From assembly GCF_006345805.1 (NCBI RefSeq), contig NC_043009.1:32674001-32738000 (forward strand): a DNA stretch of 64,000 nt, written 5' to 3'. This document shows, in pieces, positions 1-15,156 of this stretch. Position 1 is the stretch's first letter. Each line of letters opens with the position of its first letter. The notes below the pieces were generated by a model, which did no database searches, was not told where the DNA came from, and was given only the letters and a program-made list of their open reading frames with translations. The DNA is from Octopus sinensis (lineage: Eukaryota). A program made the position numbers and the translations under genes.

Positions 1-1949
1 AGTTAGAAAACGAAGTTCTTCCAATTTAAACTTTCAAAAACATATTCTTTCTACGTGATTAGAAAACTAGAAGCTAAAGAATAAAATGTAAATTGCTGAT
101 AGTGACCTGAAGCTAAATACCGCTGTGTTCAAGTTCCCATTTGCTATAATTATGTAAAGATCTGATGAAGAAATACCATAAATCGCTCAAAGAAGACACG
201 AATACTCCTTTTTGTTCATTTCTATATTCATTATCGTCTCAGAATTTTCTCACTGACTTCACCTAATTTATTTTCTATTTAGGTTTTGTAGGGCTTGTTT
301 ACTATTTATTCATTTTATTTACTTTCCTCTTTGATTGCAATGGAGACATCTTTGCAGTTTAGATGTCTAACAGGATAACAATTTCAGCTACAATCCTGAG
401 ACGAATAAATAAAGTTAAGCCTGGTGTACCTGAAGGGCAATTGACGTCTTCTTAATTAGAATTGGTAAATTATTATACAGCATTCCTGCTGACATTCTTA
501 ATGATAAACAATTTAGAAAACTCATGGAAGATTTTATACGGGTTATAATCATTCGTTGATATAGTAAATTTGGTTTAAATAGCCCAAAGTCATCTTTAAG
601 TTTCAAGGTTTTCCCAAGAGATGAAGCAAGTAATGATTGAAGAAAAATTCCGATTCCCAATGTTATTTTACCATTCCAGCAATGAGAACCTCTTGAATAA
701 TAAACAAACGAATAATATTAGTAAAATTATATAAATCTAATTTCGGTGAAAATTTTGAGTTGCTACTGAACTATATATATATATATATATATATATGTAC
801 GCCTTGAAAATTATTTATCAGTCTATTTTCAAAGAGAAATCGATTGAGTGACGGAGTCAATAAGACGTCGTTCAACAAATTTAATTGTTTCAGACGCCAA
901 ATTCAAATTCCTTTTATCTGTTTATAAGAAAGTAAGGTTTCGATATGATGAAATTTTATTAGCGAAATGAGTCAAATGTCAGCTTTTCAAAATGAGAAGT
1001 ATACTATGCACAGTGACATTTTGAATTTGATTCCTAGTACCGTCACATCTACTATAGAAATTAGCAAGACAGGAATAAGCTTTGATCTATTATTTTACTC
1101 CCTTTACCATTTAGTTCTGCACTTTAATTTGTTTGACGGGAAACTTTCCTACTGTCACATTGTATTGTTGGAATGTTAGGGAGGCAGTTAACCTATTAAA
1201 AATCTACCTAATAGTAGAAATTCACACGCACGCACACACACACACACACGACACACACACACAAACACACTATATATATATATACAGTGTGTGTGTGTAT
1301 GTGAGTGTGTATGCGTATTTATGTATGCATGTATGTATGTATAATAATAATCATAATAATCCTTTCTACTAAAGGTTTGTGGTCGAGGCTTATTGATTAT
1401 ACTTGCGAATGAAAATTCAAAGGTTTTGAATTTCCTTCAGCAAGTCATTATCTATATTATTATTATTTTCCTAAGCAGAAAAGCTTTCCACCTCCGTCCG
1501 TCGGATTACACTGAGAGATTAGGCTCACAGATGTCGCCGACATCGACAAAGTTAGGAGCTTCTAACAGTCAGTCTGAGGCTTTTGTTGAAAAAACACAAC
1601 TAAACGAATAGATACTCAGTGTCGTTAGACGAAAAACTGATACGCATGCTATCAAGTTTTAATAAATGAATCCTAAAGAACTGCCTACATAACTGAATAT
1701 CTATGATATAACCATAATCATATTGATATTGCATAATACGTGGAAACCGACACGCAGCGAGGAAAACTGAACGAAACAAATGTCGTTGATGAAAGGTATC
1801 TTATCATTGGCTCGTTATCGTTGTTATTAACCGAAATGCATGTTTCAAGAAATATATATCCTAACGAGTTTCAAAAGATTTTGTGACCAAAAAAATTGAT
1901 AATAACTAATTAAACAATGTCTGCCGTACTTACAGTGGTACATATTCCT

Positions 1950-2344
1950 TGTGGAGGCGCAATGGCCCAGTGGTTAGGGTAGCGGACTCGCGGTCATAGG
2001 ATCGCAGTTTCGATTCCCAGACCGGGCGTTGTGAGTGTTTATTGAGCGAAAACACCTAAAAAAGCTCCACGCGGCTCCGGCAGGGGATGGTGGTGATCCC
2101 TGCTGTACTCTTTCACCACAACTTTCTCTCACTCTTACTTCCTGTTTCTGTTGTAACCTGTATTTCAAGGGGCCGGCCTTGTCACTCTCTGTGTCACGCT
2201 GAATATCCCCGAGAACTACGTTAAGGGTGCACGTGTCTGTGGAGTGCTCAGCCACTTACACGTTAATTTCACGAGCAGGCTGTTCCGTTGATTCGGATCA
2301 ACCGGAACCCTCATCGTCGTAACCGACGGAGTGCTTCCCCCCTA
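1950..2344 (+). mobile_element. tRNA-derived SINE, ~390 bp (OR1-like family), full length
   Basis: tRNA-like head with A box (tggcccagtggttagg) and B box (gtttcgattcc). 13-bp TSD ggtacatattcct at 1937-1949 and 2345-2357. Homologous to 40898-41283 and 52685-53032. Confidence 0.9.
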
Positions 2345-2999
2345 GGTACATATTCCTAACAATGAAAAAGAGCATCACGGCAATTGTGTTTTATAGTTAA
2401 AACAAAAGAAATTATATGAGGCAAAAGGATTTCCTAACCCTTTCGCCTAATTAATTTATGCGACTCGTTTTAATGGATGTTTTTTCTCAAAATACTCTAC
2501 TTTTCTGTCGTAAAAGCCTAATTTTCCTTGTTCATCTTTTTGTAATGTACCCTCAATTTCTCGGAACTAATTATTCACCTGCGATCTATGTTCAGACACC
2601 CGAATTCACGCATTTAACTTAGCATTAATCATTTTTCTGCACACAGGAACTACACTAACAATTATACATGACCCTCCTAATCTCGGAACATTTACCTTCT
2701 ATAATATCCTCTATCTGCCAGTTTATTCCTGTTTACCTTCATATTCATGAACTTGCAAGTGTTCAAGAGAAATATTCGCACCATCCATTACATAAAGAGT
2801 ATTCACATATTTTCTTTCATTTAACGAATTTCATTTTAAAATGAACATGCGCTATACCTAAGCATTTAAGATTACCTGATTACATTATGCTTATAGATAT
2901 ACGCACACACACAGACATTATACATACATGCATACACACACACACAACACACACATATATATATATATACATATATAAACATATGTAATACATATATGC

Positions 3000-3033
<34 letters not shown>

Positions 3034-3090
3034 GTATATATAAATATGTATATACATATATGCATATATATATATATGCACACAACAAAA

Positions 3091-3152
<62 letters not shown>

Positions 3153-4048
3153 ATATATTGATATATACCTATATGTATGTGTGTATGTATATACCTGCTT
3201 CTGCCAGACTATAATATACGTCTTTAAATGAGACACAAGGACAGCCATTTTGGGAAGTGTGGGATCAGAATCGATCCTAATAAATAGATCGGTACTTTTT
3301 TCCCATGGAACCGAGTTGGAGGTAAGCAAAGTTAACCTTGACGAACTTTAACTAACAGACTGAAATACCGCAACCGTTCTTCCTGATATTCTGACCAATC
3401 TGCCAATCTGCCACTCGTATAAGTTTCAAAACCTATTACATTACATGGATGTATATAAGATGACAACACGAGAAAACTTAGAAAATAGAATTTTTCATGC
3501 ATTTCAGACTACTTTAGGTTCAAAATATGATTTGCCCGAAATAAAGAGCTAAATTCCAGCAGTGTATTGTGACCAACAGTGATTTGAAATATTGTATTGT
3601 GATCACAACACATTTCTTGTTGTTTTCAAATAAAGCATCTACTTTCCTTGTTTTATATATATATATCTTATATATTTATATCTGTTTTAAAAATTCCTCA
3701 TCAAACTCCTGAATCCAGACGAATGCTTAAATTGAATTAAAATTACAAAATATAAAGTAAGTACATATTCTGATCTGTATTCTAACTATATTATAACATT
3801 AAGGAATAACTATAGTACATTTAGACGGTCTTTCAATCTCCTTCAGTCTCCAGAAGCAAAGTTAAAGAAAATAGACGTGTGACGTTATGTATGGAGACGT
3901 ACGATGCTACATGTGTGTGTAAACATGTTCATATAGTCTATATGTGTTCGATTTCTTTAACATTGTGTATTCTTGTTATATGTTTATTACTTATTTTATA
4001 CATGCAAGTATACATACAAATATACGCAGACACACACACACACACACA

Positions 4049-4088
<40 letters not shown>

Positions 4089-4147
4089 ACACAGGCACAT
4101 CTATAAATAATGTGTACAGCTTCATGAACACACAGTATCATAGCCTT

Positions 4148-4193
<46 letters not shown>

Positions 4194-4195
4194 CA

Positions 4196-4246
<51 letters not shown>

Positions 4247-4261
4247 CATACATATATATAT

Positions 4262-4317
<56 letters not shown>

Positions 4318-4934
4318 TTGCTGTCACTCTCCCGGATTCACTTCCTTACTTAAGAAATTAATGTCTCATTTGTTTTGTCTAATCCTTTCTATAATTACAT
4401 TCTCTGCTTTCTAAATGTAAAATTCTCCCTTTAGCTAACGTAAACTCATTAACCTAATATCGAAGAGAACCGAAAACCTTGCCCGCCATTATTCCTATTT
4501 AATAGAAAGATTCAATGCAATATTACTATTAACAAATGTTGATTTGGTTCCACTGCTAGAAATAGTAGGTTTAATAATAGCATTTGATGTGGATGTAAGA
4601 CGAAATTGATTTAGTTAAAGACAGTGAATGAACAGCAATTAGCTGAGTGACTTTGTCACCGTCAGTAACTCTCAGGATCGCCATCTATCGGTGTAGAAGT
4701 AGATAAAGTTAGCATTTCAATTTATATTATGTTATTCCATTGAAGTTATTCTATATTCTACGAGAACCGCTACATAAATGCAAACGTACATACGTATATA
4801 TATATGTTTGTGTTTGTGTATACATATATGTGTGTCTGTGTGTACGTATATATGTATACATATATGTGTATATACGTATATATATATATCTGTGTGTGTG
4901 TATGTGTGTTTGTATGTGTATGTGTAAATATACA

Positions 4935-5050
4935 TATAGATAGATAGTTGGATAGATAGATAGATAGATAGATACAGAGAGAGAGAGACAGAGAGACAGA
5001 CAGACATACAGACAGATAGGAAGGTAGGTATGTAGGTAGATATATAGATT

Positions 5051-5084
<34 letters not shown>

Positions 5085-5173
5085 TAAACAGCCAGACAGA
5101 CTGATTCATTCATTCATTCATTCATTCATTCATAGATAGATATATAGATAGATAGATAGATAGATAGAGAGAG

Positions 5174-5216
<43 letters not shown>

Positions 5217-5217
5217 C

Positions 5218-5280
<63 letters not shown>

Positions 5281-5281
5281 C

Positions 5282-5351
<70 letters not shown>

Positions 5352-5352
5352 G

Positions 5353-5392
<40 letters not shown>

Positions 5393-5393
5393 C

Positions 5394-5447
<54 letters not shown>

Positions 5448-5448
5448 C

Positions 5449-5500
<52 letters not shown>

Positions 5501-5527
5501 GATAGATAGATAGATAGATAGATAGAT
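4935..5527 (+). repeat. Compound (GATA)n/(GACA)n/(GA)n/(ATTC)n microsatellite
   Basis: ~390-bp near-pure GATA tract at 5135-5527 preceded by GA and ATTC runs. Confidence 0.95.
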
Positions 5528-5572
5528 ATCCGTAAAGCATAGCTCTCTAGAAATATATTAAATTAGAAAAGG

Positions 5573-5651
<79 letters not shown>

Positions 5652-7180
5652 GGTGTGTATGAGATAATTGCAAGTTAAGAAACTATCCAAACTATAAAAT
5701 CACTAGACACTCTCTGCAAATATTCAGGAATTCACTAACAAATAATTCAATAAACAGTATTAACTGTTTTTTAGAAGATTGTGAGAGATTGTGTCAGGAA
5801 GAAGAAATGGAAAGTTCTTAAACTTATATATTTAAGGAACGAATCACAGGAAATTTCTCAAGAGATAGTAATCCGATATAATTTAATATTAACTACAAAT
5901 ATTTTTTTTTTATTTTCATTATTTTCTTTCTCCTCCTCGTTTGCGTTTGCTATTTAACCTTATTGTTTTACGTAGATGTGATGCCCACTTATTGAATTAG
6001 ATACCTCTTCTCTACAACATCCACACAGTTAAAGAATTAAGGCTTTTTTATTGATTATACTTATCATCTTCATAATGTTACTCTTCATTCTGATCGGTCT
6101 AATTGTTTTTTTATATATTCCATTTATAGGAAACATCTTATGAACGAGTTCACAATACAACAATGATATTCTAGTTATTTTGTTGTCAGATCTGATCTAA
6201 GTCATTAGGTCCAAAGACAATTTGTTGTGTCACTATAAAAATGATTACACTCAAGAACTGCAATTATAGTTGAACACATTATTTCAAATGAAATATATGT
6301 GTTAAATAATAGATGGAACACACTATCCAAACCTCAAACCCGCGACTACTGTCCGAAGTGTATTACCAGATTCATACAATGATGATTATATTAAATAATA
6401 TAAACGCCACCTATATAACATTCGATATTGCTTATCATTAGACTACACCCTACTGTTCCTTTTCTTTTATATCCGATCTGGTATTTCCACTAACTTCGTA
6501 CTAGGTGTAGTTTATTATTTAACACGCCTCTTTCTTTAAACTCCTTAATGATAAGTAATACTCTATTTTCGTCTCCAGGCCAACATGTCCTAATATTAGA
6601 AGCAGTTCCCATTAACCCATATACACATTCGTATCTAAAACAATACCCTACATCTTTCCACTTTTCTTCACTTTTACTTCTGCTTTCTTTATTCTTTCTT
6701 TATTTTTTATCCTTAATTTATCTTAGATCCTCTCCGTGCTACCCACTGCTCTAAGCCTACTATAATGAAATATCACCTACACCTCGTTTTATGGGTATAA
6801 ACAGACAGCTCTTTAACGGTAATCTTATTAGCATTTGCTAATTCTTGATTTGGTTTGCTAAACCTTAATATATATATTCTTGATTTCGTTTACTAAACCT
6901 TATTATTTCAATTCGTTGTTTCAATTCCACAGCGTTTCAGATTTGATTAGGTAAGAGTATTTTATTTCTCAACAAAAATTTAGGCCACTTTACGCACATG
7001 CACAAAAATAACGATGACACGGGTTAGCCACCAGACCCTGCGCATATTTTCGTCAAATTGGTCTTACCCATTAATATAGATTTTGAATTTTTAAAACATG
7101 TCGAAATTTGACGAAAAATGATTACATGGTTATAAACAGACATGTTAAATGGTAATTTATTACTGGGTAACTCAGCTCCT

Positions 7181-7273
<93 letters not shown>

Positions 7274-7315
7274 TCTTTCTTTCTTTCTTTACTGGGTAAC
7301 TCAGCTCCTATACAC

Positions 7316-7393
<78 letters not shown>

Positions 7394-7400
7394 ATATTCA

Positions 7401-7760
7401 TTTATTCTTGTATTTGTCTCAGATATTTGACTGCAGACATACTGAAACACCGCCTTTAGTCGAATAAATCGACCCCAAGACTTTCTCTTTGTAAGCCTAG
7501 TACTTGTACTATCGGGCGCTCTTGCCGAACTGCTATGTTACAGGGACGTAAACACACCAGTATTTGTTGTTAAGCGATGGTTGTGGGACAAACACTAACC
7601 CATAAACATATAAACACACACACATATATATATATGTGTGTGTGTGTATATATTTATAATACGGACTTCTTTCAATTTCTGTCTACCAAATCCACTCACA
7701 AGGCTTTGGTCAGCCCGAGGCTATTATAGCAGAAAACATTTTGCCTAGATGCCACGCAGA
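7401..7760 (-). mobile_element. SINE, OK-like family (internal CA/TA microsatellite)
   Basis: Shared blocks tttagtcgaataaatcgacccc, ccgaactgctatgttacagggacgtaaacacacc, tctaccaaatccactcacaaggctttggtc. Confidence 0.8.
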
Positions 7761-8618
7761 TGCACAATATATGGATTTAAGTACTCTGGGAGTACTCATA
7801 AAAATGCTCCCTTATGTATCATTCCACAAAACATATAGAATATATGTAATACGATACAAGATAAATCGATAAGGTATGTTTATAATCATAAATATCAGAA
7901 AAATAGTTTGATACTCATAAAAATATAACATATATTATTTAGATACATACGTATACACACACATATATTATATATATATATCGTGTACAGTTAGGTGTAC
8001 GACTATGACCGATGATTTCAGAGTTTTATCATCATCCAGTCTGGAGTAATGTTCTATTTTTTCTATTAAAAAAATGCCTACGAAACAGCTGTAATGAGTT
8101 GATAATTATCCATCGTTTGGTTATTCATTTGATTATAATACATCAAGGGAAACTACTGGGACTAATAGTATTACTGTTTATGATATTTAGAGTAAATGTA
8201 AGAATAATTATGATAAACACTGATTTTGTATCATTTGTTTATTTCATAGAAATATATGTTAATTTAAGTTTATCGTTACTGATGAAGTAACTCTAAACTG
8301 AAAGTAACTTCAAACGTATGGTAATATATTTTGAATGGAACCTTCGCCTTACAGTTTACTCTACCGCGTGACGAATCTTAAAGTACACAAAAGGAATTTC
8401 ATAATCTACACAAACACATACACACACACACACACAAGCACACTCACATACGCAGAACCACACCAAAGCGCCCACATACCGAGCGTATATGTATGTATAT
8501 ATATATGTGTGTGTGTATGTGTGAGTATGTATGTATGTATGTATGTATGCATGTATGTATCAAAATTTTCAATTACCTCTTCGTACGACAGAAAAACACA
8601 AACTTTATATAAGTGAGC

Positions 8619-8700
<82 letters not shown>

Positions 8701-8823
8701 TATATATATGTCAGCGGGAATCTGACTGTAATATTCTAGCCAGTTATATGCCATAACCAGTAATATATTGCTTGACGATGTTTCTACCTATCGATTTCGT
8801 TTTCTCTCTCCTTTTCTCACATG

Positions 8824-8872
<49 letters not shown>

Positions 8873-8891
8873 CATATAAAAAGAGAGTGAT

Positions 8892-8964
<73 letters not shown>

Positions 8965-9612
8965 CATATATCTGCATATGTTTGTATGTGATATGTAGCT
9001 ATGTATGGTTATACATATATACACACATAGCTGCATATAAATAAGCGCATACATGAAAAGCTGTCAGTGAAACAGACTGTGAAATACACCTCTGTAAAAC
9101 CCTATCATTTTCCGAAATGAATTTCCATACTGTAAATAGTAAGTGACAGTTTTGCTGCTTATATCTGCACCTAATTAATGCGTAGTACTTTTACTGCGTC
9201 TCTTACAAGGAACCCATTCATTTGGACGTTAGATATCCTCTTCTACATCTAAGGCCAATTACGCACAGATACTACACAAATAGGATTGAATTCACTGATT
9301 CCAACCTCCTCGTTACTAATGGTAGCTTCTACCAATAGTCGTAATAATGAACACCGATGTTTCTATATACGACCCATTTTTATGAGTCGATGTAGTTCGC
9401 TTCTCCTATTTATTTTACCCAATAAAATTTTGAACCGACTTTCTATTGATTTTTATTTCCTCCGTTGTTTCATCTAAGGATTTATAGATGCATAGAATAT
9501 AAATGTGGTTGTGACGTTAAACTGGCAGATAATTTTACAAGAGAAAAGCAATAAGTTCAAATTTTGCTTTCACCATTTTCATCGTGAATCTCTGGAAGCA
9601 ACAGTGATACGT

Positions 9613-9923
9613 GAAGGCACATGGTCTAGTAGGTAGAGCAGCGGACACGCGGTCGAGGGATCGCGAGTTCGAATCTCAGACCGGGTGATCCGTGTGTTTA
9701 TGAGCGAAACACCTAAGCTCCCCGCGGCTCCGGCAGAAGGTAATGGCGAAACTTCTGCTGACTCTTTCGCCACAACATTCTCTCACTCTTTCCTCCTGCA
9801 TCTTGCAGCTGACCTGCGACGGACCGGCGTCCCGCCCAGGTGGGGAACCTATGCGCCAAGAAACCAGGAAACCGGCCCTTATGAGCCAGGCATGGCTCAA
9901 GAAGGAACTATATATTGATATAG
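9613..9923 (+). mobile_element. tRNA-derived SINE sharing head/body with the OR1-like family but with a different 3' half (OR2-like)
   Basis: Head and ...gagcgaaacacctaagctc...ggctccggcag... body shared with 1950-2344; different after ~9790. 13-bp TSD aacagtgatacgt at 9600-9612 and 9924-9936. Confidence 0.85.
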
Positions 9924-11689
9924 AACAGTGATACGTTTTCTACAACCATTTGCTATTTGAAATATTATTCCTCTTCATTCGCCTATATGAATATTTTAAC
10001 TTTATTTTCAACATAGATGTATTAATTTTGTCAGTTCTGATAAAATTGGAAAATTATAAAATACGTTACTAATAGCCGTTTATAAATTGTAAGACATTTC
10101 ATCGTTACTTTCAAAGACAACGTGTTCGGTTTTCTCTGTATCTCTTGCGTGAATTGTTATTTGTTATTTTCACCCTTTAAGCTATATTTCATCGATAAAT
10201 ACAACGGCCGAGATTGGGAGTGATCTATTGCCTTGAATATCTCGGAGATAATTTACTTTCAAAATAACAAGAAAAATATCACTGTCATTATCATATTGAT
10301 TGATAGAAAAAAATACAGTATAAGCAACAACACCCAGATGATAGTAAAGACAGAAACAACAGCAGCGAGAAAACGCTGACATTTTCACCTACCACCAACA
10401 GAAACCGAAAACAAAACAGGAGCAAACACAATAACAATGTTATGAAATAATGTATAAAAATGTGAAATTGAAGAAAAAAAATCAGTTTGTTTGCTTTAAT
10501 GGATATTTTGTGTTAGAATAATATATATAAGGTTACCCTCTTCATATCTACGAAAATATTGCATTCTAATCTGGCATTCACAGTCTCATTATATACACAT
10601 ACATATATGTAAACACACACACACTCATACACACAGATATATATGCATAGATATAAGCGTATAGTCATACATGCGTATGTATATTTACATTGCGTGTAAA
10701 TATATATATATATATGTGTATGATATATATGTATATATATACATATATACATACATACTATGTAGACATATTTATGTATACATATGTATATATATATGTA
10801 TATGAATGTGTTCCTTTGTGTGTAAGTGTGTACAGAATAAACAAAAGTAAAAAGCACATTAAATAAGTTTATAGTCAAGCAAATGACAACAAAATTATCA
10901 AAGAATATCCTTTTAAGAATTCATTTCGGAAAATAATTCCATCATTTTGTGTTAGTCTTCAATGCTGGAAATAAACATATCTTTAAAGAATCGAGTTTCT
11001 AAGATAGAGAAATTGTTTCCAGTTGTCATGTTTTGGGTCATTTATATTTGATTATCTCCCTATATAGGAAAATATTGTCACTCAAGTGTAATTGGTCCCT
11101 TATTTCTATAGATATACCTTAAAATATAATATCCTGTTCATATTAAGTATATATCTTATGTTGTTTTCTTGAAATTCTGTGAGAATTCTTTCTGTAAAAT
11201 GTGTTGGCAGCCCAACTAATGGAAAGAGACTTTCGAAAACTTATTTGTATTAAATATTCAATGTTATTGCCACAGATGTTGTTGCTGTTGTTCTTAGAAT
11301 CTATTTCAAGGAATTGCTCCAATAGTATTTGAGGCTCTATTCTAAACTCTTGTATGTTATATAACCTACACTTCACTGAAAATCCTTCAACATAGCCTAG
11401 ATCTCGTTTGTGTATATCCATTTCGATATTATGGATTTTCGGTGCTATGATTGTTGTGACAGTAATTGTATTATTGTTGTAGTTTGTATTGTAGTTGTAG
11501 TTCTTAACGTTGCTGTAAATGTTTCTGTTTTTGATGTAAAGCAGTTTTGGGCAAAACACTTCCTTCAACAAATCCCAGAAATGTATACCTGAGAAGATTT
11601 ACTGAAGAATAACTTGTGACTTAAACTAGTGACTATCAGTCCGTGCACCGCAAAAGACATCTCGGTGAACCACGATTATAACTCTTTCT

Positions 11690-11870
11690 GATTTTGGCAC
11701 AAGGCTTGTAATTTTAGCGGAGGTAACAAATCGATTACATCTACCTCAGTGCCCAATACTGATGCGTAGTTTATTGACCCCACCACACCAACAAATGTTA
11801 GAATGCAAACGTTTGGAAGAAATGCAGCTGAGTATTTTTTCCAATGTACTAACGATTCATTCTATAATCT
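11690..11870 (-). mobile_element. Third-family SINE, highly degenerate
   Basis: ttttggcacaaggc...aaatcgattacatc...tttattgacccc...ctaacgattc. Confidence 0.45.
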
Positions 11871-12329
11871 TGCTGTCTTAAACGGGGTTATAATATTACA
11901 ATTTAAAGATTTAAGAAATCTATACTAAAATGGGAGCATTCTAACAGAAGCGTTGTATACTTACTTTTGATAAACATAAGCATGATTAATAATTCAAAGT
12001 AATAAATAATTATATATAGTTGTTTTTCAAAATGGATTATCTTAAACAGCGTCTAATTCATGATATCAGACAACGTCTAAATCTTAAATGCCAGTACCTG
12101 GGAGATACAAATTTAGAGAACCAGCAGATCAAACCAACAGTTTTGCATGAAAATTTGATCAAGTGTCTATTATATAGTATTTTAAAAAACGAAGTGTAAC
12201 ATTAAATATTTGTGTCGACTTTACTATTAAACATATACAGATACGGTCCACAAATATAAATCATCGCATCTATGTGGATGACATTTATATATTGCCAAAG
12301 GATAAAACTTAATTAGAAAATCTACTAAA

Positions 12330-13750
12330 TATTATTCCGCATGCTTTGGTGGAGAGGAAGTACATCAGAAATAAAATCAACAATAGCCCGAAACGATTAC
12401 AGAAATACATTTGTTTAAGTATATGTGAATGTGAAGAGCGAAATATGGTCAACACTTTGAGTCGCTTGCCAATATCACCACCTTCTGCACAGTTCTTGAG
12501 AAATCCGTATATATGACGGATCAACGTCAGTTGTTTTAACGCTAATTGACCTGTTCAAGTGGACGACTCTATCGAAGGCTTCGGATTCGTTCAAATATAT
12601 TAGAATCAGCACGTTTTCTTCTATAAATTATTGCAGGAGATGGATGGGAGGACGAATAGATCTGCTGGGGAAAATGCATATCCGTGTGCCCCTCACTGCA
12701 TTAGCACAGCCACAGTCAACATCTTTCACTCGGCCAACATTAGAGTTATGGATCTGAAATAATTGCTGATGTTCTCTTTGATCGTGTCTTTCTTCAGCTG
12801 CCACACACTCCCAGATTAACGCACTTGCTATTAACTCACCAGTTTGAACACAGGTCTACAAAAGAAGAGGCGATGTTATAGATCCATGAAGCTCGAAAGT
12901 ATGTCATCAGATGTATACAATTTCCCTTTGTACACGTGCCATCATAACCTTTGCTGCTATTAAATTTTTTACCTTGACTGTTGAGAACTGCGACTAATCG
13001 TTGGGGAATTAATGACCAACGGCTCTAACTCACCAGAGCAGCCAACAGTTGAGCCAAATACTGCTGGAATACACCTGCTTTTAATCAGACCGAAATATCT
13101 GCGCTTCTATGGTCTTTTAAATAATTAATTGCCACTATTTCAATGATGAGTTCATACCAACCAGACACGCCGCATGACTTTCGCACTATCTTATTATTTT
13201 AGTCAATAAAATAGCTAACTGCTAATTTCACCACTTGTAAGACGTTTGCAATAACTTTTTAATCAAGTTTTCTGATCTCGTATTTAACTCACATATTCTT
13301 TTTATCTCAATATATGAATTCTACTCCAGCAGCGCTTTTCAGCTGGACACTTCACAGTTTTTGTCTATATTTTTCCGCAGCTATGGCTGCCCTAATCAGT
13401 TTGCTAACCTGGTTGCTGTAGGCTATTATATCGGCAATTCTGATTTCAATAATCAGAAGCGTCTATATAATTCTAACCCAAGTTGACTATGCAGATCACA
13501 ACCTTGCAGTGTGTGTATCCACCCAGTATTTACTTTTCACAATCTATTTATTCTTATCCACTGGCCTAACAAACAATGTATCTAGATAACATATGAGACG
13601 GTACTCCTTTTCTGAATTCATATTAGGAAAATCAAGAAACTTAGTCCGGAGGTGTCGACATTTAGGATATCTCCAAACAAACATTCACAGACCATCTTAA
13701 TATATGTTGAACGAATAAATCTATCCACCCCAGTTGCACTAACAGATGCC
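12330..13750 (-). mobile_element. Decayed LINE (APE endonuclease plus RT remnants; L1/Tx1- or RTE-like)
   Basis: Hand translation of the minus strand gives LKKDTIKENISNYFRSITLMLAE*KMLT (~12740-12800, cf. YRPITLLN.DYKIL), HGYAFSPADLFVL (cf. Q.GF...RS..D.LF) and LIYLNESEAFDRVVH (12559-12603, cf. LD.SKAFDRV.H). Also YLDTLFVR and GYTHCKVV (13500-13590, EN C-terminal motifs). Multiple stops and frameshifts. Confidence 0.6.
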
Positions 13751-14327
13751 AAATATTCAGTGATGTCTAAATGCAGAAGTAGGCTTTGTATAAATTCATT
13801 GTAGAATATTAGGTTCATTTCCAACAAATTATAACGTCGGGAAAAGTTGGACATCGCAGCAGACAAACAAATGCTCCAGAAACGTCCTCACAGTGCGTAT
13901 TATGAGAATGCAACTTTTCATACAATACACTTTCTTTTAAATTTTGATTCTAAACATTCCGTATGAAATAGCGACAACCAATATTTTATGTCGATATTAC
14001 ATGTAATAAAATAACGATAACAACAATAACAATAATAATATCAGCAACGACGAGAATAGCAAACCTTTCTGACATTGATATAAATACAGGCATTATCTGG
14101 ATGAGAGTAACGTCATTAAATGCATTTGTGTCCTCGAACAAGATTTCATGAAATCTCTAATAGATGAAAAGCAAAGTCACTCTCGGAGGATTTCAATAAT
14201 CACAATGTAAGGAAAGAGAAATGAATACTACAAAGAATTATATGTGACATTCAAAAGTACAAATCCAACACGTATGTACGTGTATGTGTATGTGTGTATG
14301 TTGTGTGTATGTGTGTTTGTGTGCATA

Positions 14328-15156
14328 CAGCATTTCGGATTAAATTTGACAATGTTTTGTCTCCTTTTTCCAAGATTGTATTGATGAACAGTTAATGACG
14401 TTGATGGTGGGGGATAAAAAACTGTAGCTTAGAAAAATTGAGATGATATACAGGGCTGGATGTCATCGAAATATTGGAAGAGAATTTCCTTCATCGGTGT
14501 GATCCCCGCCTGGTATCAAAATGCCGACATCATGACTGCTGTTCAATGATCTGTGAACACTAGCAAGGGGTGGAATACGCAACATGGACATCATGGTTAG
14601 CAAATTTTCACAAACTGCAACGGATTTGGAGTATGTCTCTAGTGAAGTCATGCCACTCACATCTTTGAATAGGGTCTTAGACTCAATTCTGCTGGAGACT
14701 TTGGTCAATCCCTGGCTGAAGAGGATTGCTGCTGGAAGGACATATGTGTGGCAGCAGGATTTGGCTCCTTGTCATACCTCTGGAAAGAATCACACATCTT
14801 GTCGGAGGATTTCTACACCAACTCCAACCCCAATTTCTGGCTTCTAAATTTTCCTGGTGTCAATCCATTGGCTTACTATGTGTGAGACGCTAGCCGTTCT
14901 GCATGCAGCACCAAGGCCGAAGTGATGGCCCCGATCAAGCAGGTGTTCGATGATTTCCCCAGGTACACAGTGAGGAAAGCATGCGCTAGGTTCCGAAGCT
15001 GTCTTGAGGCCTTAGTATAAAGTAAAATAACAATAACACTTTGAGTATCCCCCAGCCACAATCGACTTTTTTTTTTTTACTTTCGAAAATACTTATATTT
15101 TTTCATGGGATATCGTGTTAACTTTCCCAAACAGTCATATTTCGCCAAACACATCG
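14328..15156 (+). mobile_element. Decayed Tc1/mariner (maT/DD37D-like) transposon
   Basis: ORF 14584-14847 YVWQQDLAPCHTS; next frame PNFWLLNFPGVNPLAYYV (cf. WPPNSPD.NPLDY.VW). Degenerate TIRs ta|cagcatttcggattaaatttgac and gtcatatttcgccaaacacatcg|ta. Confidence 0.8.

Noticed and set aside
1950-2030. tRNA gene
   Set aside because: The tRNA-like region is the head of a SINE (body and TSD follow, multiple copies); no genuine tRNA gene was seen.
8274-8318. CTGATGA...GAAA hammerhead-like match
   Set aside because: Stem I does not pair next to the core, stem III is not convincing, and no repeat context is seen; likely chance.
11143-11571. 142-aa minus-strand ORF
   Set aside because: No recognisable motif; partly low-complexity (NYN/NNN); no supporting splice or start context.
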